Assembly (NCBI RefSeq): GCF_006345805.1
Contig: NC_042997.1
Location: 80,290,001-80,354,000, forward strand
DNA from: Octopus sinensis
Lineage: Eukaryota
Direction: 5' to 3'
Length of the DNA: 64,000 nucleotides
Part shown: one piece after another, positions 25,016-38,240 of the stretch
Layout of the letters: each line of letters begins with the position of its first letter
Numbering within the stretch: position 1 is the first letter of the stretch
Position numbers and translations under genes: made by a program
Notes under the pieces: model-generated
Database searches by the model: none
What the model was told of the DNA's origin: nothing
What the model saw: only the letters and a program-made list of their open reading frames with translations

Positions 25016-27743
25016 CTGAAATGAAATGCAAATAATTTAATTAGAATAAAAACAGTAAGATGAATTTAAAAAGGTACTGATAAGTTGGAAATAATCATTG
25101 GCTTCAGTGATGCAGAACTACTGTAACTTACACACCACACTAGTGGTAGTAGATAATCAATAATACAGTAGTATAATTTTATGTCATCCAAACCTACCTT
25201 AGTCAATCAATAGACTATCTTACTATCATATCAAGGTGTCAATTTAACTTCCAATTTATCAAAAACAAAAAGATTGATAATTAGGTTTGTTACAAATACA
25301 TCAGCTTTGAGGGATTCTAAAATAAGAAAGGTTTCCAATTCTGAAGAATCAACTCTCCCAAGCACAGAGTAACAATCACCCACATTAACAGGGATCATAA
25401 AAAGTTTCATTTCCATAAGAATACAGTAAATGAAACAGTATGACTCCCATATTGTAGTTATTATAAGTGGAAGGTTCTCAGGGTCAAGATTACATTGGTA
25501 AGTTTTACAAAGCAATGCACTGCCCCCACAAAATTGAAGTTAATCTTAAGTTAATCACTATGTCAACCTTCCCTTACATACACTGAACAGCAAAAGAAGT
25601 GCGATATTTTCAAACATCATTTTTATAAGGTAAATTCTGAAAATTAATTTTGGTGATGTAAGTGTAAATATTCCAAGACATGTACCCAAGCTATATGCAC
25701 CGCACTTACAGAAACACACTCTTAGTACATCTAATGTAACTTGATATAGTGATATGCACAATCTATAGTAACATTATATGCACAATATATAGTAACGTTA
25801 AATAATTTTGCATATGTAGAAAATTTTTTATCTTTATGTACTATTTATTTATAATAATAATATGTACTTTATTTATTCAATTAATGAGCGAAGTATTTGA
25901 TCTAAATATAAATTACTTTACTTATATAATAAGTTTAATTTATTAGTTAGTATTTGTTTTGAATATTAATTTGATATATAATATATATTTGTTATAAATG
26001 ACAGTCTAGTTTATGGTTTGCAGTAATTTTTTTTTTATATATTAGTCAACATGACTTTGTATTATATATTTCGAATTAGATTTATTTAGATGTTTATTTA
26101 ATTAATTAATACAATCTATTAATGAATATTAATTACATTATAGTTTTTAAATTAACTTAAGTTTATTGAATTAGTGGTTATAATATTGATACTGATTGAA
26201 TTAGTACTGAGTTTATATAGAATGGGTCTAAAAGTTGATTTGTTTGAATAAAGGTTGGGCTCCAGCGTAACCATATTTATACATATGAAACAAATAAATT
26301 TGTATAAGAGTATTAGAGAATATACAGTAAATTGTAGTTGTATAAATTAATTTTACTATATGGTGATTTGAGTATATTTTATAATAGTTAATTCTAAATT
26401 TTTGTTTTCTAGTGAATGATATTCTAGTGTATAGTGATTTTATTCTCTTTTTCTGTTAAAGCTAAAATATATTTGTAGTTTTCATTGATAAAATGTATAT
26501 TTCCATCTGTTTGTTTTATTTCTTTAAGTAATGTAATTCACGAGTAATTTATAAATGCTAAATAAGATGTTTTTCGTTTTGAAATATTTTAGTTAATAAT
26601 ACGCCTTTTAGAGAGATAAGTAGACTCTTTTATTTAAGAGTTAATGTTAATTTAGATATGTACATTTATTTAATTATTATTATTATTTTATAATTATTAT
26701 ATCTGAACATAAATTTTAAAATATTAGTTAGTCACTTTGGGATCTAGATCGTAAAAATGTTTTAATTTAACTAAAAGTTTCTTATTATATTTCCAGTACT
26801 ATTACATTTAATAATAATAGTAATAATAAAAATTTTATAAAGATAAGTTATATGTTTTTACTTTGGAATTTTTCAATTCTTATTTTTTATTTCATAAATA
26901 TTTTTGAAAGATATCTATAATATTTATGTAAGTAATAATGGACTAATTTATTTATTGTTTATATGTTTATTGATAGAAAAAATATAGATTTTTAATTACT
27001 ATATTTGTTGATTATAATTTAGATACTTACTTTTATGTATTTATTATTTTATAATTATTATAGGCGAACTAAAATCTAAAAATATTAAGAATAATTGTTT
27101 TGTAAAATAGTTTGGTAATTAAATATTAGAGTATAACTAAGTTAAAGATATTCTATAGTTTATTAATGTTTTTTAATAAGCTAAATTATATCTTTACAGA
27201 TAAATACATTTTTCTATCTATTTACTCTATTTTTTTACCTTAAATATTTAACATAATAAATGTATTGTAGGAAACTGATCCTAATGTTTTAAGTTTCAAA
27301 TTTAGTTAATGGAGGTTTTTCTATAAGAAAAATCATTATTTAATTTTTTTAAATAAATATTGTTTAACTCTATTTGCTTATCTATGTAACTATTATTGTT
27401 AACCTGAAGAGTGACTATAATTTTAAATTGAATTGATTTTTGATTAAATTTAAATTTAATTGTAATTCGAATTTAATTATTGTCATGAAATGTACGTAGT
27501 TTTTTTAAACTTATTATATATTGATTATTCATTTTTATACTTTTTGTGATCTAGTTATATGTTTTATAAAAATATTTTATATTTTATTTATGATTTGGTT
27601 TATGTCTATCATTTTTGAATTGCATAATAGTGGTTTTTTTCTCTAATTTACATATTATATTTTTATATTGTGAAATTTGATTTAATACTAAATTGAATTT
27701 TTCCCTGTAAGTTTGGAGTTATACTCCCTAATATTATTATTAT

Positions 27744-27749
27744 TATATA

Positions 27750-27784
<35 letters not shown>

Positions 27785-27846
27785 GAATATACATATATAT
27801 ATGTATATATAACTTACCTTTATATATATATATATACCTATATATA

Positions 27847-27893
<47 letters not shown>
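27744..27893. repeat. Interrupted (TA)n microsatellite
   Basis: About 150 bp of TA repeats. Other microsatellites at 8783-8808 (GT), 30448-30510, 30800-30840, 36830-36856, 37065-37110, 43915-43938 and 44360-44395. Confidence 0.95.
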
Positions 27894-27902
<9 letters not shown>

Positions 27903-28319
27903 AATTGAGATAGGGGTTGTAAATGCAACCCTCCATGGGATAACATATATCCAATATACTGCTAGTGAAGTACCCAACAAAGTTAATACATAAATGTTAA
28001 GGATTGCGATGCAATCAATTCATTTACTGTATTATATGGGCAAAGGTAAAATGATTTACCACAAATTACTAATACAAGATAAGAAAATGGAGAAATACAT
28101 CTAAATCAAATATCAATTATCAGATAATACTCAATCACATACTTTATTAAACCACCACATAAGAGACTGTAGGGTTAAACATAAAAAAGCAGAACAAATC
28201 AGTGTACACAAAGGAATGTACATAAAAAAGTGTACATAAAAGAGTAATATTGTATAAGTAGAATATATATAAAAAAGAGAATATAAATATAAGTAAATAT
28301 AAATATAAGTATAGATTAC

Positions 28320-28446
28320 ATCTTACAGCTGTTTCGGCCATGTAGATAAGTATGTCTCATTTTACCAATATTAGCGTTTTATGGTAGGTCAATATATGGA
28401 TATAAATGAGACATTTACAAAAGTATCATAAGGCCTCTTTGGAGAT
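28320..28446 (-). ncRNA. Type-I hammerhead motif with mutated core (U4C, G5A) and 92-nt loop II
   Basis: Minus strand reads ATCT CCAAAGA GGCC [92 nt] GGCC GAA AC AGCT GT A|AGAT. Stem I ATCT/AGAT, stem II GGCC/GGCC, palindromic loop III AGCT. Loop II holds an 11-bp inverted repeat (28352-28362/28404-28414). Confidence 0.7.
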
Positions 28447-29563
28447 ATACATATACAAATGAGTGCATATACTCACACTCCTATACATATAAAAATATAC
28501 ATATACATAATAATGTAAATAAATAATATAAATTAGTAAACATATATGTTCCACATCCAATGTTTCAGTTTCTCAACTTAATATTGTGATAATAAACATA
28601 CACATATTAGTACCTAGATGCAAATATACATAGTCAATAGTACATTATATTACTTCCTACTAATTTCCAAAGTGTCATTAAAGTTAGCATCATTATAGTT
28701 GTCAATACCATTAATGCTACCATCATTATCATTCATAATATTGTTAATATCGCTTACGTTAGGATCCAAAGTGGCACACATTTATGTCCGGGTTCCATTT
28801 AGTAATTTTCCTTATGACATAAATACACTATTGGATTTGAATTTAAATTATCATTGTCTTCCTCATGGTTGGTCTGTTGAGAGCCGCCCCCACACCGCAC
28901 AAGAAAAACATACACATCTACATCCAACCCTAAACCCACTCGTCCACATAAAGACCCACACATACATGACTAAACCCCGACACATCGTTACACATTCACT
29001 AGATTGCAGAGTGCATGTCTGTCATCGCATGACTTAGACAAATCAGTACAGGCCGCAGTGTCTATACACTAACACACACTCATACGCACATCCGTATATA
29101 CTCATAGATATTAATACAATCTCATATACTGTATCAGGGAACATTCGCACACACATATATACATATTTAAATATATGTCTGCGCACTCATACGTACAAAT
29201 AAAACCTATACTTATATCCACCCATGAATAAATATTTGCATATACATATATACATATCCAAATACGCACCTGCGTACTCATATGTATAAGAAAAACATAC
29301 ATCCGTACATCCACCCACGAACATACCTATACGTACAAAAACATACATACGTACATACACATTTTCACACACCTCGAAACCTCAACCCACATCCACTAAA
29401 TCATAAATTAAAAATATATGTCTGCCCATCCAAAGACGTATATATATATACACAAAAAGTAAACAGAAGTTACTATTAACTTAGATATAAGTTCATTAAT
29501 TATAAATTAAATTAAATTAATTATAAGTTAGTAAGTGCCAAATAAACAAAAATAATTAAATAA

Positions 29564-29595
<32 letters not shown>

Positions 29596-30510
29596 CCATG
29601 TATAGATAAATAGATAAATAAAATGGAATACAAATTAAGAAGAGTACAAAGATAAACCTAATATAGTAAATATAAGTGGATACGCTGAAATGCAAGCATA
29701 TGCACATACATGAGCATGCACGCCCCGCACGGACACGCAAATTCATGGCCGGGCCCACACGTACACGTCCCTTCCGCACGCACGATCACCGAGATGCATA
29801 CCAGAACACGCGAATGTCCACAAGCGCAGCGCGTGTGAGTGTACACGTTGATGCACATGCGTGGACGCACTTGCGCATGCATGCGTAGGCGCACAAACCC
29901 GGGTGCAGCACCACCCGAGCCCATGCTTGTGCAGCAGAAATACAACAACCCCCAACAAACCAACCATAAAAAAAAAACCCTTATATGCTCATCATGATAA
30001 ATAACTTATACTAATTATAGACTCTCACATATTACATATTGGTATCTTGTATATATATATATTCATTCATATATATATACATATATTCATATATACACAC
30101 ACACACAGATATAAATATATACAAATATAGAAATATAGACATACATATACAATCAGGTATATACATATATATTGAAGGTAATAAAAATGAAACAAATATA
30201 TATAGATACATTATGAAAGGAATTGAAACTGAAACCATGTAATAGTGAAAGTATTAATAGAGATGTTATTGCTTCACTTTCGAAACATGATACTAAAATA
30301 TTTTAAGACGTAAGAAATTGCTCCAGGCTCACATTAAGCAAAAAGTTGAAAATTTTTTCTGTCCTATGACACTGCATGGACCCTAAGTATGGCATGTGTA
30401 AAATTTGGGTAGCTCTTGAGTTCTAGTGATGCACACATACAGACAGATATATATATATATATATATATATATGTAAGTATGTATGTATGTATGTATGTGT
30501 ATGTATGTGT

Positions 30511-30798
30511 GTAAAAGCACCATCCAAACGTGGTTGATGCCAGGTCTGCTAGACTGGCTCCTGTGCCGATGGCACATAAAAAGCACCAACCGATCATGCC
30601 CGATGCCAGTACCCCTTGACTGGCTCCTGTGCCTGTAGCAAGTAAAAAGCACCAAGTGGTTGGCGTTAGGAAGGGTATCCAGCTGTAGAAACATTGCCAG
30701 ATTAGGTTGGAGCCTGGTGCAGCCACTGATTCTCCAGACCCCAGTCAAACCGACCAACCCATGCCAGGATGGAAAACGGATGTTAAACGATGATGATG

Positions 30799-30800
<2 letters not shown>
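30511..30800 (+). mobile_element. RTE-like 3' tail with ~60-bp subrepeats ending in (gat)n
   Basis: Three aaaagcacca units, then gttggcgttaggaagggtatccagctgtagaaac...aaacgatgatgatgat; a shorter copy lies at 36486-36614. Confidence 0.75.
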
Positions 30801-30840
<40 letters not shown>

Positions 30841-33800
30841 CTATTTGTATATATTAATCACATCATAGATTACTGAACTTTTTCACATTGAAAATATGAC
30901 TATTTTATATCTTCTGGGAGACATTTAATCATGTTTAAAAATGCAAAAATTCACTTCATGTAGGCAAAAATCAAAAAAGAAATTAAAAAATGCTGACAAT
31001 GGGTATAATATTTCACCAGCCAGTCAGAATTAAAACAAATTATTCATATAATGTCAACATTAAATATCAACATAAGAAAAAAACAACAATGAAAAAAGCA
31101 TATTTTTCAAATCAACCTTATGTGTCCCATAAAAATCACTTTTACTGAGAAAATAACAGAGTGACAAATTGCTTTGATAGCCAATTGGGACATTGTTTAC
31201 ATCTGAAATTACTAAACCTTTTTGCACTGAAAGCATGACTATTTCAGGTTTCCTGGGAGATATTTTACCCTTGTTTTAACAAGTTACAGAACTTACTTTT
31301 TTTTTGTTACATAGGCAAAACAATCTAAAATAGGCTGGCATTGGATCTAAAATAACTGGGTTTTTTTTTCTGCTGACACAAAGTATATCGAACAAAAAGA
31401 TTTTAAAAAATTATTTTCACAATGAAAATATAATTGTTCAAAGAAATAGAAAATTGTGTAATCCATACAGAAATACTGAACAAGAATAGCAGTAAAAAAA
31501 ACCCCCAAAAAACATTCAGAATCAAAGTTGTGCTATAAACCTAACAATTGCAGTCACTTGATCTATTCATAGACGTGTATTAATTAAAAGAATTGCCATC
31601 AGTCTCTGCTTAGCATGATTAATATAAAATCTGTTCTCTCTCCAGTTTGACATCACTTCGGCAAAGTGCCACTCTAATCAGTCAATGATGGAGTGAGCAT
31701 ATCACCCCCAGATCAGGTTCAGTTTCATTATAGAAAGAAAAGTATTCATTCCTCAAAATGAAAATGATGGGTATAGTATAATAGCCATTGCAATAGAAAA
31801 TAAAAATATGTTGGATAGGCATTTAAATTTCATTTAGAAAAGCTATATCAATAACTGTGAGCTGTTAGTGTGAATGAGCACTGTAGTGATATGTATAAAT
31901 TATGACTATATACCAAATATATATATATGTTTATACATCAAAAGTTAGTGCTTTATTAATATGCATTTGAACTGAATCATAAACCTAAAATTGAATTATA
32001 CACATCAAAACATAGGAGGATTCAGTACATAATATCTTCATTGTAAATAAAACATTGGCTTTTATTTCCTTGATGGATAACTTCATATTTTCATATATTC
32101 TAAAATTTCTCTCCTGTTGCTTAATTCCATTGATGGATGTTTCCTATAACAGAACATTATTATTGTTAGGGATTACAAGTCCAATAAGGTAATTTCTGAT
32201 GCCATATCATGCCAACCTTTACTAAATATTTTTCAGGTGGTAGGCTTATTAGTGTCTAGTTTAACACAATCGTTCAGCCCATGGGTAACTTTAGCAGTAT
32301 AGATCTTTCTGTTGGAAGTCATTAGGCAAAGCTTCTGATCAAGTCATTTCATGCATTGATCCTTATTCCATTTTCTTTCATGTACTGCCACTGTTTCTGA
32401 GGAAGGACAGGTGTAAGAAGTTTCTCAGTGGAAACCCATAAGTCTAACACCACGAGGAACATCTCTGGTGGCTCCTCTATCAGTTGGTACAATAAACACA
32501 AATAGCTTTCTCTTTTAGTTTCTTATTCATCTCACAGTGATCAAAATAATGGTTAGCACACTTCATCACAAACAACAAAATACTGAGAATTACATAGAAC
32601 TCCTGCACAACAATCATGACACTAATAGAAGACATGGAGATAGTACAGTTTTGCATGTGTTTTACTTGCAACTGTGTGTAAAAGAGGATTGAAGAATGTG
32701 AGTGTGATATCTGTACAGGAGTGAGCCTTTTTAGAGAAAACACCAAGTACCTCATTACTGTACTAGAGGAAGAATGTGGGAGGTGTAACTAAATGACATA
32801 CAAATATACTTAGGGCACTCATAGATATCACATTTTGGTTAACAGAAAAAACAATAGGAGTGTACAAACTATTCAATCCTAGATCCTCAATTTCTCCACA
32901 ACAAATCGTAACATACTACGAAATAAGCAAAACAGTACACTATGTATCACAAATCATACAAAATATAGCTCCAGTATAACCATGGCCATCATAGTTAAAG
33001 CAAATTATACTGAACAAAATTAAATACCAGCTGGACATGCAAGAGACAGACTGTCACTGCAAACTTCAACTTGTACTGTTGCTACCCTTAAATCATCTTT
33101 AAACACACATACATCTATCCGGGACACTACTACAACAGCATCCTAAAAACACCATTTCTCTCACTCAGTGTCAAGAAGTAAAGAATGCAAAAATAGCTGC
33201 AGCATTAATAACCTCACTAATTCTAAATCCTGTGATGGGAAGCATGCCATTAATATTGGCTTATTCAAAGTTTATCTGAGATTAAGCAACAACAACTCTG
33301 AGTTAAATTTAATATACTCTAATATATATTTTCATATGAAAATATGAAACAACTTGCTTTATCATTTACAAAAAATAAGAATAAAAGTGAATGACAAAAG
33401 TAAATTTCTAGAGATGAGAACATTAACAAGAATTTATCTTAAAATGAGGAATGATTCTTGAGCCAGTGTGTGCGTGCATGTGTGAGTGAGTGAAAGTGAG
33501 AGAGAAATAGAGAGAGAGATATAAATATCTTTTACTTGCTTCAGTTACTGAACAGTTGTCATGTTGGGGCACTACCTTGAAGGACTTAGCTGATATATTT
33601 TAAACTCCAGTACTTATTCTAGTAGTCTTTTGCTGAACAGCTAAGTTATGGGAACATAAACAAACCAACACTGGTTGTCAAGCAGTAGTGGGGAACACAC
33701 ATGACATGCTTCTTTCAGTATCCATCTACTAAATCCATTTACAAGGTTTTAGGTGACCCATGGCTATAGTAGACACTTCCAATACTAACATGAGTGACAT

Positions 33801-34670
33801 AAATTACTGAGACACTGTTTTAGAGCCAGACATCCTTTCGGTGGCTAATCCTTACCTGTTTCCAAGTGAGACATTTCATATTTTATGCATATGCAAAGGC
33901 ACAAAAACAATAGACCTGTTGCCAGGCAAAATGACAGCAGCATCACAACCCATAGCTGAGTGATGTGCAGTGAAGCACAAATGCTAACAAAGAAACATAC
34001 ATACATATGTACAAATACACATTTTCTCTAGCAAATCCATTCACAAGCCTTTGATCAACCAGAAGCTAGTGTAGAAGGCACTGGTGAGACTGATTCAGAA
34101 ACCACATGCATGCACCTTTGTGTGCACGCATGCATGCACTTAATCAAGTGATATGGTGATTAAAATAAACAACTGCAAAACTTTTGGCTTTGTAAGAAAG
34201 CAGAATGTTGTAGTCCCCAAGACAGGTAATACAGAAATCATTCTTACTAAATCAGCAACTACTTTCTATTTGCTTTCCAAAGCAAATACTCATTTCAGAA
34301 TCTGTGGGACTGAGTAATATAGTGCAGACATATATCTATTTATTGAAATTACCAATAATAGCCAGGAAATCAATTTTGAGTGTTTTGTGGAGTCAACTTG
34401 AATTTGTCCAAGTGAAGTTGGTCAACTGAATATTTTCCATACATTTTAGAATGTATGTCACAGGGTAAATCAAGATGAATGCTTTATTAAGATACTTGTT
34501 TTTTGGCTCTTATATTATCTAGTCATGTGGCCCAATTTGAATCTATACTCTTTATTCAAAAGTAACTGTTAATTCTAATTTGTCTTCACCTGAGGTTTGC
34601 ATTCAATAAATGATACCTTTAAAGTTTAAAACTGTTTGGTGAATAGAAAATTACTATTCTTTGTTTTGCT

Positions 34671-34892
34671 TTAACTCTTCAGCATTTAAACCAGCCACAT
34701 CTGGCCAAAATAATCTACCTGTTTTATTTTCAAAGTGGCCAGATCTGGCCTCTTACTCCACAATATTATTCTAATAATAGACAATCATGTCATTGAAATC
34801 TTAATGTTACAAGGTAGTGCATAATTAATTCAAAACAATATGAATAAATAAGGATTACATTTGACTGAGAAATCTAAATGCTAAATGGTTAA
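34671..34892 (+). mobile_element. MITE family 1 copy
   Basis: ttaactcttcagcatttaaacc...aatgctaaatggttaa. Confidence 0.8.
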
Positions 34893-36111
34893 CCTAATAT
34901 AAAATTATCAACTTAAGTCATCTATTTTCTAGTAATGATTCAATGGATTAACTTTAGCAAGAAGAACTTTCATAAAATAAATATCTTCATGATGGTGGAT
35001 ATGGTAAGGAATAAATGAAAAAAAGTATTTGCATTCAAATATAATGGCTACAGAAATATCAAACAACCCTTTTGACATTAAACAATTCCTTTTTAAATAT
35101 TAATTAGAAAACAACTACAAAAGCCAACACAGTCATGTGACTTGCAGCCAAAATTCTTTCAAATTGTGTCCTATCATCTTAAAAAGAAAAACCGACAAAC
35201 GGATATCTTAGACCTACAAAAAGAGGAGCTGGTTATAACTGGAATACACTTTTCATCATGGAACTGACAAATAAGAGTTGCCCCAGGACTGTAAAAACTA
35301 CAATAGAGAGATTAATCTTAAATTTTATTGAAGAAATCTTACAGCCTACACATAGCAAAAGCTGCATTTCAAAGGTTGTGTTTCATTTCAAGCTTCAAAA
35401 TATTTTTCAGACAGTTACAAAATTTTACCACATGTAACCAAATTCTTAGACATGTACTATCAGATAAGCTAGCTGGCTGAGAGACAAAGCTTTACTATTC
35501 CCAAATCTAATTATCTAATTATTAAGCTGTCTATTTGAGTTTTTTTTCTTTACTTCTGTCTCATGGCAGCAGAAACACTATTGTCACCACCACTATTTAG
35601 CATGATTTTTGCATCTGGATGGAGGTATGAGTAGTAACTGAGATGACCCACAAGTGAGTTTTTTTGGTTGGTAGTACAGTAAGGTGAAACTAGAATTTGG
35701 TGGGGCTGGTTGTGGTGATGGTCGTCTAATACTGCCTCCATCATATATATGTGGTCCAAAAGAAGAGCAAGATGGAGTCAGAGTGAAGTGGATGATGCAG
35801 GCTACCATAGTAGTAAAGAGATGAGATGGGGAGGAGGAGGTATTATTAGTGATGAAGAGATGTAAATCATGAAAGAGGTGAGGGTACAAAGTGAGAGAGG
35901 AGGATAAAGCACCAGGATCAGTAAAATTTCATATATTTCTCAAGATCAATCAATATATCAATGAAAGTAATTTTAATTAGCATCAGGTTACAAACTCAAT
36001 ACACTAATAAACAAAGTATAAAACTAATTAGAATGGATACCAGTATACTTTTGAGGTATATTTTTATTAACTTGTGGTAAAGTATAAAGCAAAATCAACC
36101 CCAGCAGGACT

Positions 36112-36291
36112 TTAATCCTTTAGCATTTAAACTGGCCATATCCAACTTCTTACACCTTCCTTACAAAGCCATTCTAAAATAAGCAATCATATCATCAAAA
36201 TTTTGAAGCTATGAGATAATGCATTACTAATTCAAAACAAAGTAAATAAATAAACATATTTGACAGAATGATCTGAATACTAAAGGGTTAA
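36112..36291 (+). mobile_element. MITE family 1 copy (internal deletion)
   Basis: ttaatcctttagcatttaaactggccatatcc...aatactaaagggttaa. Confidence 0.8.
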
Positions 36292-36722
36292 ATTCAATCC
36301 AGTCAGGATGGTATCTCTATAACTGCATTCTTATCCCTACCTTACTAACAACAAATCTACTCAAAGAATCAACAAAATTTAATGTAATCAATAGCAAACT
36401 TTTCTTTGCCGAATTAGATAGCAGAGTAACTCTTTCAAACAAAAGTTCACACACGCGCGCACACACACACACATATATATATATAGGGCATCCAACTGTA
36501 GAAACCTTGCCAAATCAGATTGGAGCCTGGTGCAGCCTCCTGGCTTGCTTGCTAGTCACAGTCAAACCGTCCACCCCATGCCAACATGGAAAGCAAACAT
36601 TAAATGACGATGATTATATATATAGTAAATTCCAAAAAGAAAAACAAATATAAAAAGACAACGATGCGAAGACGTGGTACGTGTAAAGTATTAGCAGATG
36701 CTTAAGGAAGGAAAGAAAGATG

Positions 36723-36758
36723 GTTTAACATTTTGAGCAGACGCTCTTCTTCACAAGC
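36723..36758 (-). ncRNA. Degenerate minimal hammerhead relic
   Basis: Minus strand reads GCTT GTGAAGA A GAGC gtct GCTC AAAAT GT T AAAC. Stem II is perfect; two departures from GAAAC-GT are CpG-decay type changes, and C3 is replaced by G. Confidence 0.4.
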
Positions 36759-36824
36759 AGAGAAAAGTCCAATAGAAGAGAAGACGTAGGAAGAAAATTG
36801 CCAACAACTCACATGTGGTTACAT

Positions 36825-36860
<36 letters not shown>

Positions 36861-36955
36861 AGAAAACAGATGTAATAACAAGGGGACGGTCATCGTTTTC
36901 GCTGGTATGTCTTTAATTTAATTAGACAACAAAGAAGGAAGCAAAGATGAAGGTA

Positions 36956-37006
36956 GCATTTACGATCGTTTTTATTTACTAGTTTTAGTGAATATCTTCG
37001 GAATGC
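36956..37006 (-). ncRNA. Type-I hammerhead motif with U4C and G12A changes
   Basis: Minus strand reads GCATT CCGAAGA TATTCACTA aaac TAGTAAATA AAA AC GATC GT A|AATGC. 5-bp stem I, 8/9-bp stem II, palindromic loop III GATC. Confidence 0.68.
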
Positions 37007-37064
37007 AAAAACAGATAGATACATCGGTTAGGATGCGAAAATAATTGATACATATGTAAATGTA

Positions 37065-37095
<31 letters not shown>

Positions 37096-37764
37096 CAGGA
37101 GAGAGAGAGAGTATGTTTAAAAAGAATGCATGCTAAAAAGAAAGGAAAGCTTTTTCAAACTGGATTAATCCATCAATATTAAATATGCTGTTGAAAATTC
37201 CAGCAACTTCTGGTATTTGTTAGGGCAGTTGAGAATATTCTTAGAGAATTGTTCATACATTTTAAGTCACATTTCTTCAACTTGCTGGAAGATATTGAAT
37301 GAAAGTCAAGTGAAAGATGTACACATCATGTAAGGTGGGTTCTTGTTTTAGCGATGCCAAGAATTTAAAGCAACATTTTAACTGAATTTTTTTTATATAA
37401 AAAAAGTACAAAAAACCCCCATTCAGATTTTGTCAATTTGCTTTTAATATCATTTCATTTGTGTGTATTTGCCCAAGTGAACAACCACCTGCCAGTCCAT
37501 ATATACATACATCAAATAGAAAAACAGTTGTGCAACTGTTTTACCATCTGGTTGTATGATATAAGCAAAGAAATAAAACTGGATTTATCTCAATCTTTTC
37601 AGCAAATGAAATAATTTGATTCACAAGACACCCCCCCCACAAAAAAAAAATAGAACTAAAAAACTTTTTAAAAAATCCCCCAAAAACTAAACATACACAG
37701 TGTCATTAATATCATAATGTATATGTCGTCAATGAATTTTCTTGTGATATTATATTCCTCCTCT

Positions 37765-38240
37765 AAAGCAGTGAACTGGCAGAATGGTTAGAATGCCAGG
37801 CAAAATGCTTAGCAGCATTTCGTCCATGTTTACGTTCTAAGTTCAAATTCCACCAAGGCCAACTTTGCCTTTCATCCTTTTGTGGTAGATAAAATAAGTA
37901 CCAGTTGAGCCCTGGGGGTTGATTTAATCGACTTAGTCCCCCACCCACCTACTGAAATTGTTGATGTAACCAACTTAACCCCCTCCCCCCAAATTACTGA
38001 CCTTGTGCCAAAATTTGAAAAGGTGACAAGATGGCAGAATTGTCAGCAAGCAAGGCAAAATGCTTAGCAGCAATTTGTTTGTCTTAATGTTTTTGGTTCA
38101 GATGTCGCTGGAGTTGACTTTGCCCTTCATCTTTTCATAGTTGATAAAAAAAGTATCAGTTGAACACTGGGGATTGATTTAATTGACTTAGTCCCCCACC
38201 TACCAGCTGAAATTGCTGACCTTGTGTCAAAATTTGAAAC
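37765..38240 (+). mobile_element. Two tandem SINE family A copies
   Basis: Heads at about 37765 and 38025; both share the variant ttagtcccccacc. Confidence 0.75.

Larger units (their letters stand above)
25760..30000 (-). mobile_element. Decayed Penelope-like retroelement (pLTR with HHR followed by stop-riddled ORF)
   Basis: Minus-strand order: possible GIY-YIG C-terminus (LCHKEN/ITKWNPDIN, 28822-28780), HHR (28446-28320), (TA)n, then an A-rich ORF relic with weak PLE-like motifs IICKLEKK, KQTDGN, GAQP (26263-26252) and FRPIL (26232-26218). This order fits the pLTR+ORF layout, but the protein motifs are very degenerate. Confidence 0.45.
36625..37055 (-). mobile_element. Two adjacent PLE-like terminal fragments separated by (TA)n
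   Basis: Each fragment (about 36625-36825 and 36857-37055) carries a hammerhead-like motif, retains CpGs and is bounded by (TA)n/(GT)n tracts. Confidence 0.5.

Noticed and set aside
25800-27660. Read-through ORF under a ciliate-type code (TAA/TAG=Gln)
   Set aside because: TGA stops still occur in each minus frame, and frequent TAA is expected from composition alone.
25760-30000. Possible NUMT (AT-rich block plus control-region-like CA/TA sequence)
   Set aside because: No recognisable cox/nad/cob translation in the invertebrate mitochondrial code. Only partial rRNA-like words (gggctccagcgtaa, gagataagt), not in convincing order. The hammerhead and motif order favour a PLE.
27663-30242. Several ORFs rich in IY/YI, CV and HT repeats
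   Set aside because: They are translations of (TA)n, (GT)n and (CA)n microsatellite-like sequence.
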